The notes under the pieces: model-generated | Database searches by the model: none | What the model was told of the DNA's origin: nothing | Seen by the model: the letters and a program-made list of their open reading frames with translations, nothing else | Origin: Candidatus Latescibacterota bacterium | Lineage (GTDB): Bacteria > Latescibacterota > UBA2968 | Assembly: GCA_965116885.1 (NCBI GenBank) | Contig: OZ220741.1 | Location: 288,001 to 352,000 of the forward strand | DNA length: 64,000 nucleotides | Direction: 5' to 3' | Made by a program: the position numbers and the translations under genes | Shown here: one piece after another, positions 49,620 to 59,696 of the stretch | Layout of the letters: each line of letters starts with the position of its first letter | Numbering within the stretch: the first letter of the stretch is position 1

Positions 49620-50153
49620 TCAATATGTATCGCCAGGATTGCTTTTCATATCACGCGTCTCCACCACCTCGGCTTTACTGATGCGAAAAAAGAGTTCGGA
49701 AGGATCTTTTTGCAACAGTTCCAGGCGACCTGTAATAGTAACGGGATAATAAGTAAAATCAATCGGCTTACTCGGACGAATATCCACCAAAGACTCAGGC
49801 CCACCCCCGCCTGCACAAAACGAACATCCCCCAAGTGAATACGGAGTCAAAACAAAACGCGTCTGTTTTTTTTGAGCCGATAGCGGAATCATAAACCCGA
49901 CAAGCTCGACGTACTTGCCATTCATTTTATTTAACGTATCGGAAAAAATGGGCACAAAGTTCGGCGCATAGGGATCATAACTCACCGTCGCAAGGGTTTC
50001 CCAAAGCGAACCCTTCATCATCTGGGGCAGTGGAGACGCCTGAAGCTCTGGGCGATGGTCTGTTGACGAGGGCGGCGTCTCACTGTCAGTATCTATTCTC
50101 AAAACCACAGCAAATAACAAAATAAACATTACCGTGCGTTGTATATACATCAC
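49620..50153 (-). CDS. DUF3299-like protein
   Basis: LWETL, GKYVELVGFMIPL, FVL, CSFC, VTITGRL; follows an ABC ATPase/permease pair as in zrg-type clusters. Confidence 0.7.
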   Translation of the reverse strand: MMYIQRTVMFILLFAVVLRIDTDSETPPSSTDHRPELQASPLPQMMKGSLWETLATVSYDPYAPNFVPIFSDTLNKMNGKYVELVGFMIPLSAQKKQTRFVLTPYSLGGCSFCAGGGGPESLVDIRPSKPIDFTYYPVTITGRLELLQKDPSELFFRISKAEVVETRDMKSNPGDTY

Positions 50154-51418
50154 GACACCTCCACCAGTGTTTGTGCAACATCTGTCCGATAGACCTGAAG
50201 CGCGGGTATAAGAGCCGATACACTACCCAACACAAGTGCCAGACCAATGAGCCAGAATTCATCGGATAAAATAATCCATCCCGTCAAATTTATATGCTGT
50301 GCCTCGCGCACCCACGCGCCAATCACCTCAGTGCTGGCATGCCCAAGCACAAATCCCAATCCCGTACCCATAAATGTAAGCAAAATCCCCTCCAAAAGCA
50401 CCTGAACAAAAAGTTTACCGCGACTTGCCCCCAGAGCGCGCATCATAGCCAGATCGTATCGCCGATCTTTCATCGCATTATAAAGCGCCACAAAAATGCT
50501 CAACGCCGCTGCAAACACCAGAACCCCACCAAAAACCCGCACCACCTCCAACCCAACACCGAGCAATGCAAAAAGGCGCGTTGTCTCAAATGCGGGGGAC
50601 GCAGCCTGAAATTTGGTCTCTTTGTTCACATACCGCGGAAATGACACGGCTGCAATAGGTGAACGATAGCGAATCAACAGACCCGTAACTTCGCGCTCGG
50701 CATCGGCTTCACTGTCCATCGGCAAACCGAGAACATCGCGCGTGCGATCCTCATCGACCTGGCTCTCTATATGGTGGTCCTCCCCCTCTTCTTCATGCGG
50801 TTCGTGAACCAGCCAGACTGTTTCCACAGCAGTCAGTAACAGACGGTCGATAATCGAACCCGTTGGTTGCAACACACCCACCACGCGAAACGGTTGCGAC
50901 TCGTGTTGTTCAGAAGCTGTTTCTGCGGTCAACCCATGCGAACTAATAACCTCATCACCCAGCACAAGACCTGTCTCTCTGGCAACCTGTGCGCCTACAA
51001 CCACCTGGTATGGGGCATCCCAAAAGGTACCATCAACCAATTCCGCCCGGTAGTGTTTGGCGTATTCGGAGGTCGTACCCACAATGCGATAACCCCGATA
51101 ATTATCCCCCAATGCCAGAGGGATCGCCTGTGCAACCGCTCTGTTTTTTGCCAGTTTACGCGCCTCTAAAAGCGGTATATTACCCGTTGGCACGTCAACG
51201 TGAAAAACGCTGGATAAAATCAATTGCAGGGGACTGCCCTTAGCACCCACAACAACATCAATATTTTCAACATTGCGGTACAAATTCTCTTCAAATTGCT
51301 CGCCAAAAAGCAACAAAACAACGACAATACCCGTTCCAAGCCCCAACAATATCATATTGAGCAATGTATTCAACTTGCGCCGATAAATATAGGCCAGACT
51401 AATTTTGAAGAGATTCAT
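50150..51418 (-). CDS. FtsX-family ABC permease (ZrgC-like)
   Basis: DVVVGAKGSPLQLILSSVFH, PLALGD, SHGL, RYDLAMMRALGA. Confidence 0.87.
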   Translation of the reverse strand: MNLFKISLAYIYRRKLNTLLNMILLGLGTGIVVVLLLFGEQFEENLYRNVENIDVVVGAKGSPLQLILSSVFHVDVPTGNIPLLEARKLAKNRAVAQAIPLALGDNYRGYRIVGTTSEYAKHYRAELVDGTFWDAPYQVVVGAQVARETGLVLGDEVISSHGLTAETASEQHESQPFRVVGVLQPTGSIIDRLLLTAVETVWLVHEPHEEEGEDHHIESQVDEDRTRDVLGLPMDSEADAEREVTGLLIRYRSPIAAVSFPRYVNKETKFQAASPAFETTRLFALLGVGLEVVRVFGGVLVFAAALSIFVALYNAMKDRRYDLAMMRALGASRGKLFVQVLLEGILLTFMGTGLGFVLGHASTEVIGAWVREAQHINLTGWIILSDEFWLIGLALVLGSVSALIPALQVYRTDVAQTLVEVS

Positions 51419-52068
51419 GCGGGCAATTCCACCTGTTCATCGAGCGCAATACAATGGTTAAAACTGTCGGTAATGCGATGATCATGTGAAGCCACCACCA
51501 GAGTTGCCTCAACCTCTCGCGCAGATGACGTAAGCAAATCCAACACCTGCTTGCTGCGCGTATCATCCAATCCAGATGTCGGTTCATCGGCCAACAGCAA
51601 TTGGGGACGATTAACAACAGCCCGGGCGATTGCCACGCGCTGTTGTTGACCAAAACTCAGTTCCGATGGATAAGCGTGTTCGCGGCCTGCCAGACCGAGA
51701 GTCGCAAGCACCTGTTCGGCACGCGCCCTATCCTGCTGTACACCGGCCATATAATGCGCCATGAGCAAATTTTCCAGCACCGTAAAAACCGGGAACAGGT
51801 GAAATTGTTGAAAAACAATGCCAATATGTTGCCCGCGAAATCGGTCGCGAGCGGTCTCTGTCAGTGCGTAAATATCCTGTTTGGCAATATGCACACTGCC
51901 CTGTGAGGGCTTTAACAAACCAGCTATAATATGCAAAAGCGTCGTCTTCCCGCTTCCAGATGGCCCGTGCAACAGCCATTTTTCATCGGGCTGAGCCTCA
52001 ATATATTCTGGCAAGTCCAATACAAGACGACTGCCATAAACATGCCCAACGTGTTTAAGTACAAACAT
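51415..52068 (-). CDS. ABC ATP-binding protein (ZrgB/LolD-like)
   Basis: GPSGSGKT, LSFGQQQR, LLADEPT, ASHD. Confidence 0.9.
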   Translation of the reverse strand: MFVLKHVGHVYGSRLVLDLPEYIEAQPDEKWLLHGPSGSGKTTLLHIIAGLLKPSQGSVHIAKQDIYALTETARDRFRGQHIGIVFQQFHLFPVFTVLENLLMAHYMAGVQQDRARAEQVLATLGLAGREHAYPSELSFGQQQRVAIARAVVNRPQLLLADEPTSGLDDTRSKQVLDLLTSSAREVEATLVVASHDHRITDSFNHCIALDEQVELPA

Positions 52069-52142
52069 GAGATAGTACTCAAAAAATGCGATATGTGACT
52101 TCAAAATGTGCCGTCAAAATCGAACGGATGAGGCAATTTCGG

Positions 52143-53363
52143 TCATGCTGACGCCTCGGCCATGCGAAGCTCCGGAAACGGATTCCGGAACCCTGCCCAG
52201 GTCTTGCTGTTAGCGGAGGCGAGGCGCTCGTCGAGCAGACACGCGTCGAGGCGGGCGCGCATCGACGCCTCGTGCATCTGCTGGCCGATGAAGACGAGCT
52301 GTTGCGCGCGATCGCCGAAGCGAGGATGCCAGTCCGGCTGCTGGTCAGGTCCCTGACCCTCGGGATGCCCCCAGTGTTCGCGAGGCACGGCCGCCCACCA
52401 CATCCCAACGGGATTCACGTTGATGACGCCGCCGGCTTGAGACCACTCGTAGAGGATCCGATGGTCAGCGGCGACCCAGAAGAAGCCCTTCGAGCGGAGC
52501 ACGCCGCTCCAGTTCTCGGCGTCGTGCAGAAGCGCCCACAGCTTCTCGGCGTCGAAGGGCTGCGATGTCCGATAGGTAAAGCTCGAAATCCCGTACTCCT
52601 CGGTCTCCGGCGTGTGCTCACCCTGAAGCTCTCGAATCCAGCCGGCGGAGTGCGCCGCCTTCTCGTAGTCGAACAGGCCCGTGTCGAGCACGCATTCGAG
52701 CGGGACCTGTCCGCGCGTCGCCATGAGGACCTTCGCGCCGGGGTTGAACGCTTTCACGATGGCCTCGACCTCGAGAGCCTGATCGTTGTCCACGAGATCG
52801 AGCTTGTTCAGCACGATGACGTCGGCAAACTCGATCTGGTCAATGAGCAGGTCGGTCACCGTCCGGTGATCTTCTTCGCCCAGCGACTCACCGCGGTCCT
52901 GGAGTGCCTCGGCGGCGTTGTAGTCCCGCAGGAAGCTCGCCGCGTCCACGACTGTGACCATCGTGTCGAGGCGCGAAACCTGCCCCAGGCTCACACCGTT
53001 CTCGTCCTCGAAGGTGAAGGTCTGCGCGACGGGAATGGGCTCCGAGATCCCCGTGGACTCGATGAGCAGGTAGTCGAAGCGGCCCTCCTGCGCGAGCCGT
53101 GAGACCTCGGCGAGCAGGTCGTCTCGCAGCGTGCAACAGATGCAGCCGTTCGACATCTCGACCAGCTTCTCCTCGGTCCGCGAGAGCTCCGCACCGCCGC
53201 GCTCAACGAGCGTCGCGTCGATGTTGACCTCGCTCATATCGTTGACGATGACCGCGACGCGCATGCCCTCGCGGTTGTTGAGCACGTTGTTGAGAAGAGT
53301 GGTCTTGCCTGCGCCGAGAAAGCCGGACAGGACAGTAACGGGAAGTCTCTCTGATACGGGCAC
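52143..53363 (-). CDS. COG0523 metallochaperone GTPase (ZigA/YciC-like)
   Basis: GAGG then GTG 53363; [51 protein letters not shown]. Confidence 0.92.
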   Translation of the reverse strand: MPVSERLPVTVLSGFLGAGKTTLLNNVLNNREGMRVAVIVNDMSEVNIDATLVERGGAELSRTEEKLVEMSNGCICCTLRDDLLAEVSRLAQEGRFDYLLIESTGISEPIPVAQTFTFEDENGVSLGQVSRLDTMVTVVDAASFLRDYNAAEALQDRGESLGEEDHRTVTDLLIDQIEFADVIVLNKLDLVDNDQALEVEAIVKAFNPGAKVLMATRGQVPLECVLDTGLFDYEKAAHSAGWIRELQGEHTPETEEYGISSFTYRTSQPFDAEKLWALLHDAENWSGVLRSKGFFWVAADHRILYEWSQAGGVINVNPVGMWWAAVPREHWGHPEGQGPDQQPDWHPRFGDRAQQLVFIGQQMHEASMRARLDACLLDERLASANSKTWAGFRNPFPELRMAEASA

Positions 53364-53443
53364 TTTAGTTTCCTCATTCAAAGGGTAATGACATACAACA
53401 GCGAATCGTTCAAACCGGTGGCGATTCAGTTTGCGGTCGTGCT

Positions 53444-54490
53444 TCACCTGTTGCCCACTCGCCAAACCGTCGCGCCACCCTGAGCGTCGAGCGCAGCAAG
53501 CGCGCGTCCATCTGGTCGCCAGTACAAGGCGCTGACAACATCTGCCACAAGCGCAATTCCTATCGGATCGCCTTGTCCATCGCGCCTGAGTGACCACACA
53601 ACTACGCCGCCATCCCGAGCCCCCGAGGCCAAACGCATCCCGCGGCGAGCGAAGGCGAGCGTTGTAACAGTTTGAACATGAAGTTCTAGAACGCCGGGCC
53701 GCGTGCCTTCGGGACCACTTCCCTGGAAGCTCCAGACCGTCACCGCCTCGCCTCCGCCGGTGGCCAAAAGGGTGCCAGTGTCATCAAAGGCCAAGGCCGA
53801 CGGCTTGGCAGGATATCCTGACATCATCGAGTCCTGCTCCGTGGAGCGACGCCAGAAATGCACCGAGTTGTCCTGGCTGCCGCAGGCCACGATATCCCCG
53901 TCCGGACTCAGTACCATCGACACCAAGGAGCCCATCCACTCCAGCTTCTGGCGAAGCTCCCCAGTAGATGCGTCGAAGAACGTCACCCGACCGTAACAGG
54001 CAGTCGCCAGCTCCCTTGCACTGGACCAGGCGATCGCGCTAACGGTGCTGGGGTGATCATCAGATCGCCAGACTTCTCCGCCGTCCGCACCATACGCGCG
54101 AACCTGCCGGGAGCAGGAGGCCGCCAGCCATTGGCCGTCCGGCGACCACGCCACGTTCTCCACCCAATCGCTGCCGACGTCGATAGCCTGTTTTACTTGA
54201 CCTTCGGCGACATCCCAGATAAGGACTCGTCCGTCCTGGCCAGCCGTAGCGAACGCGGTTCCGCTTGGGTGGATCGCCATCGCGAGTACGCCGCCATCAT
54301 GAGCCCCCTGCCGGGCCCAGGCGCTTGCACCGGACTTGCCGTCAAACGCGTAGATGCCACCCGCGGCGTCACTGACCACCAGCACCTCACCGCGGAGGGC
54401 CCAGCCCCCGGCGATGGCGTAGTCGCCGACCGCCGCAGACCAGCCCCGGCGAAGAACACCCTTTGAGCTGACGACATTCAAATCAGACAT
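53444..54490 (-). CDS. WD40-repeat protein
   Basis: Repeated [39 protein letters not shown]. Confidence 0.88.
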   Translation of the reverse strand: MSDLNVVSSKGVLRRGWSAAVGDYAIAGGWALRGEVLVVSDAAGGIYAFDGKSGASAWARQGAHDGGVLAMAIHPSGTAFATAGQDGRVLIWDVAEGQVKQAIDVGSDWVENVAWSPDGQWLAASCSRQVRAYGADGGEVWRSDDHPSTVSAIAWSSARELATACYGRVTFFDASTGELRQKLEWMGSLVSMVLSPDGDIVACGSQDNSVHFWRRSTEQDSMMSGYPAKPSALAFDDTGTLLATGGGEAVTVWSFQGSGPEGTRPGVLELHVQTVTTLAFARRGMRLASGARDGGVVVWSLRRDGQGDPIGIALVADVVSALYWRPDGRALAALDAQGGATVWRVGNR

Positions 54491-55824
54491 GCCTCGAATC
54501 CCTGCCGCATGCTCTGCTCATCGAGGTTGCGGCCGATGAAGACGAGTTGATTGCGCCGGGGCGAGTCTCCCCATGGACGCTCCGGCTGGCCGTCAAAGAG
54601 CATGTGAACCCCCTGGAAGACGAAACGAGACGACTCACCCGCGAGGCTGATGAAGCCCTTCATTCGGAAGATGTCCACCCCGCGCTCACGGAGCAGTTCG
54701 CCAAGCCAGACGTCGAGCCTTTCGGGATCTACGTCGCCGTCCCTCTCGATTGCGATCGAGCCCACCTCGTCGTCGTGCTCGTGCTGTGCGACCCAGGTGC
54801 GCTCGACCTCTTGCTTGATTGTCGCTCCTTCCGCGTTCGTTAGTTGGAGATCGAACTCCTCCGCGGTGTGCTGGGCGTAGAGGCCAACCCGCACCTGCGT
54901 ATCGACCTCCAGGAAGAACGACTTGCGCCCTGAGGAATCGAGCTGGAGGTTCACATGCTTTCCGACAGAAATCTCTTCCCCCGGGCGAATGAACTCCGCA
55001 GGTTCGGCGTACCGCCGCACACTCCACTCCGCACCCTCACGGAGGGCAACGTCATCCGTGCCCTGGTCGGACACGACAACGAGCGACATCGTCGGATCAG
55101 GTCCATCGGCAAGGCTGAGTTCGTAGCGGCCGATATCGAGTGAATAGACGCCAGTCCATTCGAACGGATACTCCGGCTCGAGGAAGGCGGGACGACGTTC
55201 GAGCACCTGGTCCAGGTCGAAGGCACCGAGGTTGAGTACCGTGTCCAGGGAGACGTTCGCCTGCTCGCTACGCACGACTTGCGCCATTCGGTTCATGTCC
55301 TGGATCCGAGCCTCGATCCTGTCGAGCACCTCGCCATCGACGAGGTCCGTCTTGTTAAGAACAAGGACGTCTGCGAACGCGATCTGTTCCGTGCTCTCGT
55401 CGCTTCGTCCGAGTTGCTGCTCGATGTGGGCTGCGTCAACGAGCGTGACGATCCCGTCAAGCGCGAACTCCGCGCGAATCTCGTCGTCCATGAAAAAGGT
55501 TTGAGCGACCGGACCGGGATCGGCGAGCCCCGTGGTCTCCACCAACACATAGTCGAACTTGTCTCGGCGCTTCATGAGGTTGCCGAGCACGCGAATCAGG
55601 TCTCCGCGCACCGTGCAGCAGATGCAGCCGTTCGACATTTCGAAGATCTCCTCGTCAGCATTGATGACGAGCGCATGATCGATGCCGACCTCCCCGTATT
55701 CGTTCTCGATCACGGCAATGCGCTTGCCGTGCTCCTCACTCAAGATCCGGTTGAGCAGGGTCGTCTTGCCAGAGCCGAGGAAGCCGGTGAGGATGGAAAC
55801 AGGTATTTTTCGCGGTGTGTTCAT
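54478..55824 (-). CDS. COG0523/CobW-family GTPase with an inserted domain
   Basis: LTGFLGSGKTT, ENEYGE, GCICC, ETTGLADP, NKTD, HEHDDEV, FRMKG. Confidence 0.92.
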   Translation of the reverse strand: MNTPRKIPVSILTGFLGSGKTTLLNRILSEEHGKRIAVIENEYGEVGIDHALVINADEEIFEMSNGCICCTVRGDLIRVLGNLMKRRDKFDYVLVETTGLADPGPVAQTFFMDDEIRAEFALDGIVTLVDAAHIEQQLGRSDESTEQIAFADVLVLNKTDLVDGEVLDRIEARIQDMNRMAQVVRSEQANVSLDTVLNLGAFDLDQVLERRPAFLEPEYPFEWTGVYSLDIGRYELSLADGPDPTMSLVVVSDQGTDDVALREGAEWSVRRYAEPAEFIRPGEEISVGKHVNLQLDSSGRKSFFLEVDTQVRVGLYAQHTAEEFDLQLTNAEGATIKQEVERTWVAQHEHDDEVGSIAIERDGDVDPERLDVWLGELLRERGVDIFRMKGFISLAGESSRFVFQGVHMLFDGQPERPWGDSPRRNQLVFIGRNLDEQSMRQGFEACLI

Positions 55825-55883
55825 CTATTTCTCCTGGAGCAGAGGGTGGTGATGTGCCGATCAACATACGTTCTATTTTTCCT

Positions 55884-57218
55884 TCAGACGGCGAGACCAG
55901 CCCGGATGAGCCACGGTTTCGACAGCCCTTCTGCCGTAGGCCCATCGAAGAGCAGCCGCCGGTCTCGCAGTAAGACGACGCGCGTTGCCTGGGATGGCAG
56001 TGAATGAAGGCAGTGGGTTGCCCAGACGCACGTTGCGCTCGTCCGACGAACAGACTCTACAACGAGCGTGCGAAGCTCATGGGCCGCGACGGGATCGAGA
56101 CCGGCCGTGGGCTCGTCGAGGAGCAGCAACGCGGGCTCGAGCACCAAGAGACCGGCGAGCGCAACCCGGCGTTGCTCCCCGAAACTGAGCTGATGACACG
56201 GACGCTCCAGCAGATGGTCTATACGCAGGGCCATCGCCACCTCGCGGGATCGACATCGCGCCTCGCCTGCCTCAACGCCACGACGAAGCAGGCCCCATGC
56301 AATGTCCTCGGCGACGGTGCTTGCGATGAAGTGGTGTTCTGGGTTCTGGTCGAGAAGCGCCACGCGTCCGTGGAGCCGGGCGCAGAGCGTCGCATCGGGC
56401 GACACGTGGTTTCCGAGGCGAGTCATGGTCCCTTGCGCGGGTCCGTCGAGCCCTGCGAGCAGACGCAGTAAGCTCGATTTCCCAGCTCCACTTGGCCCAC
56501 ACACGAGCAGCCACTCCGCTCTTGCCAAGCGAAGTTCGAGCTGCTCAAGTACCAACTGCCCACTGCGTTCGACGTCGATGGCATCGAGGTGGACGCCGTC
56601 ATAAGCCCGAACGTCTTCGCAGGAGGCACCACGTAGCAGTGCGTTCTCCTCAGCACGTTCGAGGCGCGCGAAGGCATGCAAGGCACCTTCGCCGAGCAGC
56701 GGTCCCCAAGCGGCCAGAGGCAAACGCGGGGACCCCAGGCGTAGGCGGGCCGCGTCACGCCGCTGGACCCACTCACGCTGGGTGAGAACACCGTGCAGGA
56801 GCGCGTGGTCAAGGCTGGCCACGACGCCCTCAGGAATCCGAAGCCAAAGCAGGAGTTGTCGCAGCGACGCCCAGTCAACCTGGGTGCCAAGCCAGAGGAT
56901 CCAGATAGCACCACACAAGACCCTGGCACTCGTTTGGACGATGACGTCCGCGTTGAAATCCAAGGCGACCCCACCAAGCAGTGCGAGCGCCACGAGGGCC
57001 AACATCCACGCGAGGGCAGGCTTGATCCTTCGGCGTCCACGGGCATGTGCAAACAGCAGAAGCACCGCGCCGATCCCTGAGCCGATCAGGGACAAGGTGG
57101 TACTGCGTGCGCCTGCGTTGACGATCAGTACGCTGCTGGTCAGCGCGATACCCAATGCCGCAACCCATAGCGGTTGGCGGCGCTCGAAGAACAGAGAGTG
57201 CTCAGCGTGAAGGTGTAT
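55884..57218 (-). CDS. ECF transporter T component (CbiQ-like) fused to ATPase (CbiO-like); start uncertain
   Basis: Hydrophobic N-half with RRDAARLR / ARLERAE..LLRG; GPSGAGKS, QNPEH, LSFGEQRR, LDEPT. Confidence 0.75.
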   Translation of the reverse strand: MHLHAEHSLFFERRQPLWVAALGIALTSSVLIVNAGARSTTLSLIGSGIGAVLLLFAHARGRRRIKPALAWMLALVALALLGGVALDFNADVIVQTSARVLCGAIWILWLGTQVDWASLRQLLLWLRIPEGVVASLDHALLHGVLTQREWVQRRDAARLRLGSPRLPLAAWGPLLGEGALHAFARLERAEENALLRGASCEDVRAYDGVHLDAIDVERSGQLVLEQLELRLARAEWLLVCGPSGAGKSSLLRLLAGLDGPAQGTMTRLGNHVSPDATLCARLHGRVALLDQNPEHHFIASTVAEDIAWGLLRRGVEAGEARCRSREVAMALRIDHLLERPCHQLSFGEQRRVALAGLLVLEPALLLLDEPTAGLDPVAAHELRTLVVESVRRTSATCVWATHCLHSLPSQATRVVLLRDRRLLFDGPTAEGLSKPWLIRAGLAV

Positions 57219-58289
57219 CGCGCCCTCCTCCGAGCACTCGTTCCCAGCAGCGCCCTGCGATAAATCCCAGTCCAAAGAGTATGAGGATCGACATCGCGAG
57301 CCCGATCTCCCCCTGGCTCAGATCGAAGATGCTTCCTGTAGGCGGTCGCCCCGCCTCCTCCGCGGTCGCACCGAATACGGTTCCGTCAATGCCTTCATAG
57401 CCGCATCCCAACAGGCCGATCACGAGCAACAGAAGCATGATGGACGCAAGGGGCGCGGACACGGTGCGAAGCTTCCTCAGTGCATCTCGGCAAAAAAAAT
57501 TGTGCATATAAATCCTATATCATTACGGCATGGTTTAAGCCGCCTGTCTGCCAACAGGCAGGCAATCCAGAAGGTTTTAAACCGTCAGTGTGCAAGAGTG
57601 ACGGCAATCTATATGCTGAAAGACTTACGCCACGATGCACTCAGCGAGTTCGGCAGGAGGTCTGGCCGGCGTGTGACCAACAGCCGTACAATGCCGACGG
57701 AGGCGACGGCTTCAAGAACCGCCAAGGGGATCTGGACAGGGGCAAACCCGAGCAGCACCGCGCCGAAGGTCGTCGCAGGCGCCGTCACATCGGACAACGC
57801 CACGGCGAGCACCGCGGCGTCCGCCACGTATACGCTCAGGCCGCCGACGCCACCTGCGAGAGCGAGGCGAAAAGCCCCGTCTATACCGAGCCGCCGGAGC
57901 AAAGCCCAAAGCCCAACGGTCGTCAGAGGCCCCAACAGTCCGAGCGTCAGGGTGTTGACCCCCAGCGTCGTGAGCCCGCCGTGAGCGAAGAAGATCGCCT
58001 GCAGCAAGAGCACGAAGAACGTGGGCCACACGATGCGGCGGACGCCGACAACCAGGGCGAGCACCGGCGTAAGGCAGATATGACTGGTTGCGCCCACGAC
58101 GGGGACCGGTAGCGGCAGCAGAGTGCCGGCAAAGAGCAGGCTCGTGGCACCCGCCATGATGACCGAGGACGACGGTGTGTTGCGTCGCGTTCGTTGCTCT
58201 TCACGAAGGCTCCAAAAGACAGTGGGTGCGGCCAGGGCACTCCACGCGATAGCTTGGCTGAGCGGAAGCACACCTTCTGCCAGATGCAT
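57202..58289 (-). pseudogene. cbiM: cbiM-cbiN-like fusion (Co/Ni ECF S component) split by a MITE
   Basis: Starts MHLAEGVLP (metal-binding N-terminus), SH, HGGLTTLGVN; removing 57480-57643 restores the frame PNSLRKLRTVSAP...GYEGIDG...GFIAGRCW. Confidence 0.8.
57480..57640. mobile_element. 161-bp MITE with terminal inverted repeats and a TCA duplication
   Basis: TCA|GTGCATCTCGGC...GCCACGATGCAC|TCA; visibly more AT-rich than its flanks. Confidence 0.8.
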
Positions 58290-58705
58290 CAGCCCCCTCC
58301 TTGATGTTGATGTGATGCCGCATTGCCACACGCATCACAGGTTCCGAGCAACACCACCTCATGTCCCGTCATCTGAAACCCGTCTGGAACAAGGGAATCG
58401 AGGCCCTCGACGCAACCGAAGAGGTCGAACGCGTGGTCGCAGGTCGAGCAAAGAAAGTGATGGTGATGATCGCGGTCCTTGGGCTCGTACCGAACGCCGC
58501 GGCCCAACACCTCGACCGACTCCAGCGTGCCTTCCTCAACACCCCGTTGGAGCGCGCGATATACCGTGGCGAGACCGATACTCTCTCCGCTTCCGCTCAG
58601 GCGGCTCCACAATTCCCTGGCGGATAGGGGGCCATCCGCTTCGCCAAGGGCTCGCAAGACGGTCAGCTGCTGTTTCGCTCTCTGCTGTTGATTCGCTCTT
58701 TGCAT
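58289..58705 (-). CDS. Fur-family transcriptional regulator
   Basis: LSAREL, IGLATVYRAL, HHHHFLCSTC, GTCDAC; TGATG overlap with cbiM. Confidence 0.92.
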   Translation of the reverse strand: MQRANQQQRAKQQLTVLRALGEADGPLSARELWSRLSGSGESIGLATVYRALQRGVEEGTLESVEVLGRGVRYEPKDRDHHHHFLCSTCDHAFDLFGCVEGLDSLVPDGFQMTGHEVVLLGTCDACGNAASHQHQGGG

Positions 58706-58711
58706 GAAGAA

Positions 58712-58740
58712 ATGATAATCAATTCTCACATTATTGTCAA
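58712..58740 (-). promoter_or_regulatory. Sigma70 promoter with an overlapping Fur-like box
   Basis: TTGACA-17-TATCAT with 6 nt to the ATG; TGAGAAT-TG-ATTATCA inverted repeat over the spacer and -10. Confidence 0.75.
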
Positions 58741-58911
58741 GATTTAATGGATAAAACCGTACACAACGGGTGCATCAACGACCGAAATGACGGCAGATGG
58801 TTGAGAAAACAGATCAAACGTCAATCAATTTTCATATCAGGGAACCCAACCGCCGTTCACGATGTTTAATATCATAAACCGTTACTGCGCCGTATAAAAA
58901 GGAGTAATCCA

Positions 58912-59691
58912 ATGCACACCAGATGGTTTTTCCTCTTCGCTCTGTTCCTTACTGCCTGTATAGGTCCGTTGGACCCGAACAATTCTGAATACATTGAGAT
59001 CCGGGAAGTAACTGTCGGCCCTGCTCTGGCCAGATGCTACGGCGTGGGCGAACAGACCTGCATGATCGTTGACGGCTCATTGTTCTACGACGGCATTGAA
59101 GGCTTCAACTTTGAAGCGGGCTACAACTATCGCCTGCGGATTGGCAAATACGATCCCTATAATGGAGAAGAACCCCCGCAGGATGCCAGCCAATACAGTT
59201 ATCGCCTGCTGGAACAAATAGAAAAAACCCCTGCACCATCCACCCCCGCAACCATATCTGTGGGACCAACGCGAATAAAATGCGCGCAAAACGACGACTT
59301 CTGCCTGCTGATCAACGGTACGCCATACGACGACATCATCACCAACTTTGAGTACGAAGCCGGGTATCACTATACCCTCAATGCAAACCAGTACAGCGAT
59401 GGGCGATACATACTGACTGAAATAGTCTCAAAAACCGAAGTGACGGGCACAGAAGAGGAAATAACCGTAGGACCACACAGAACCCCATGCGGCGCCGTGT
59501 ACTGCAACGTCGTCAACGGCGAAGCCTTCCTCAGTGAAATCGTAAACTTCCAGCCCCGGCACAACTACAGCTACCGCCTGCGAGTCGAACGATTCGACAT
59601 GTTTTCCAATAACACAACCCCGTCTTCATCCAACATCCCGACCTACGGCTATCGCTGGTTGGAAACACTCGATCAGAGCACCAACAATTGA
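58912..59691 (+). CDS. Lipoprotein with three tandem DUF4377-like domains
   Basis: AGGAG RBS; lipobox LTAC; three repeats of TVGP...C...C..V.G...I..F..E.GY.Y.L. Confidence 0.75.
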   Translation: MHTRWFFLFALFLTACIGPLDPNNSEYIEIREVTVGPALARCYGVGEQTCMIVDGSLFYDGIEGFNFEAGYNYRLRIGKYDPYNGEEPPQDASQYSYRLLEQIEKTPAPSTPATISVGPTRIKCAQNDDFCLLINGTPYDDIITNFEYEAGYHYTLNANQYSDGRYILTEIVSKTEVTGTEEEITVGPHRTPCGAVYCNVVNGEAFLSEIVNFQPRHNYSYRLRVERFDMFSNNTTPSSSNIPTYGYRWLETLDQSTNN

Positions 59692-59696
59692 AGCCC

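Noticed and set aside
53364..53597. N-terminal extension of the 484-aa COG0523 ORF
   Set aside because: It overlaps the WD40 gene; SD plus GTG at 53363 matches the family start.
57202..57507. Independent 101-aa gene starting MHNFFCRDA
   Set aside because: Its ATG lies inside the MITE; it is better explained as the severed 3' part of cbiMN.
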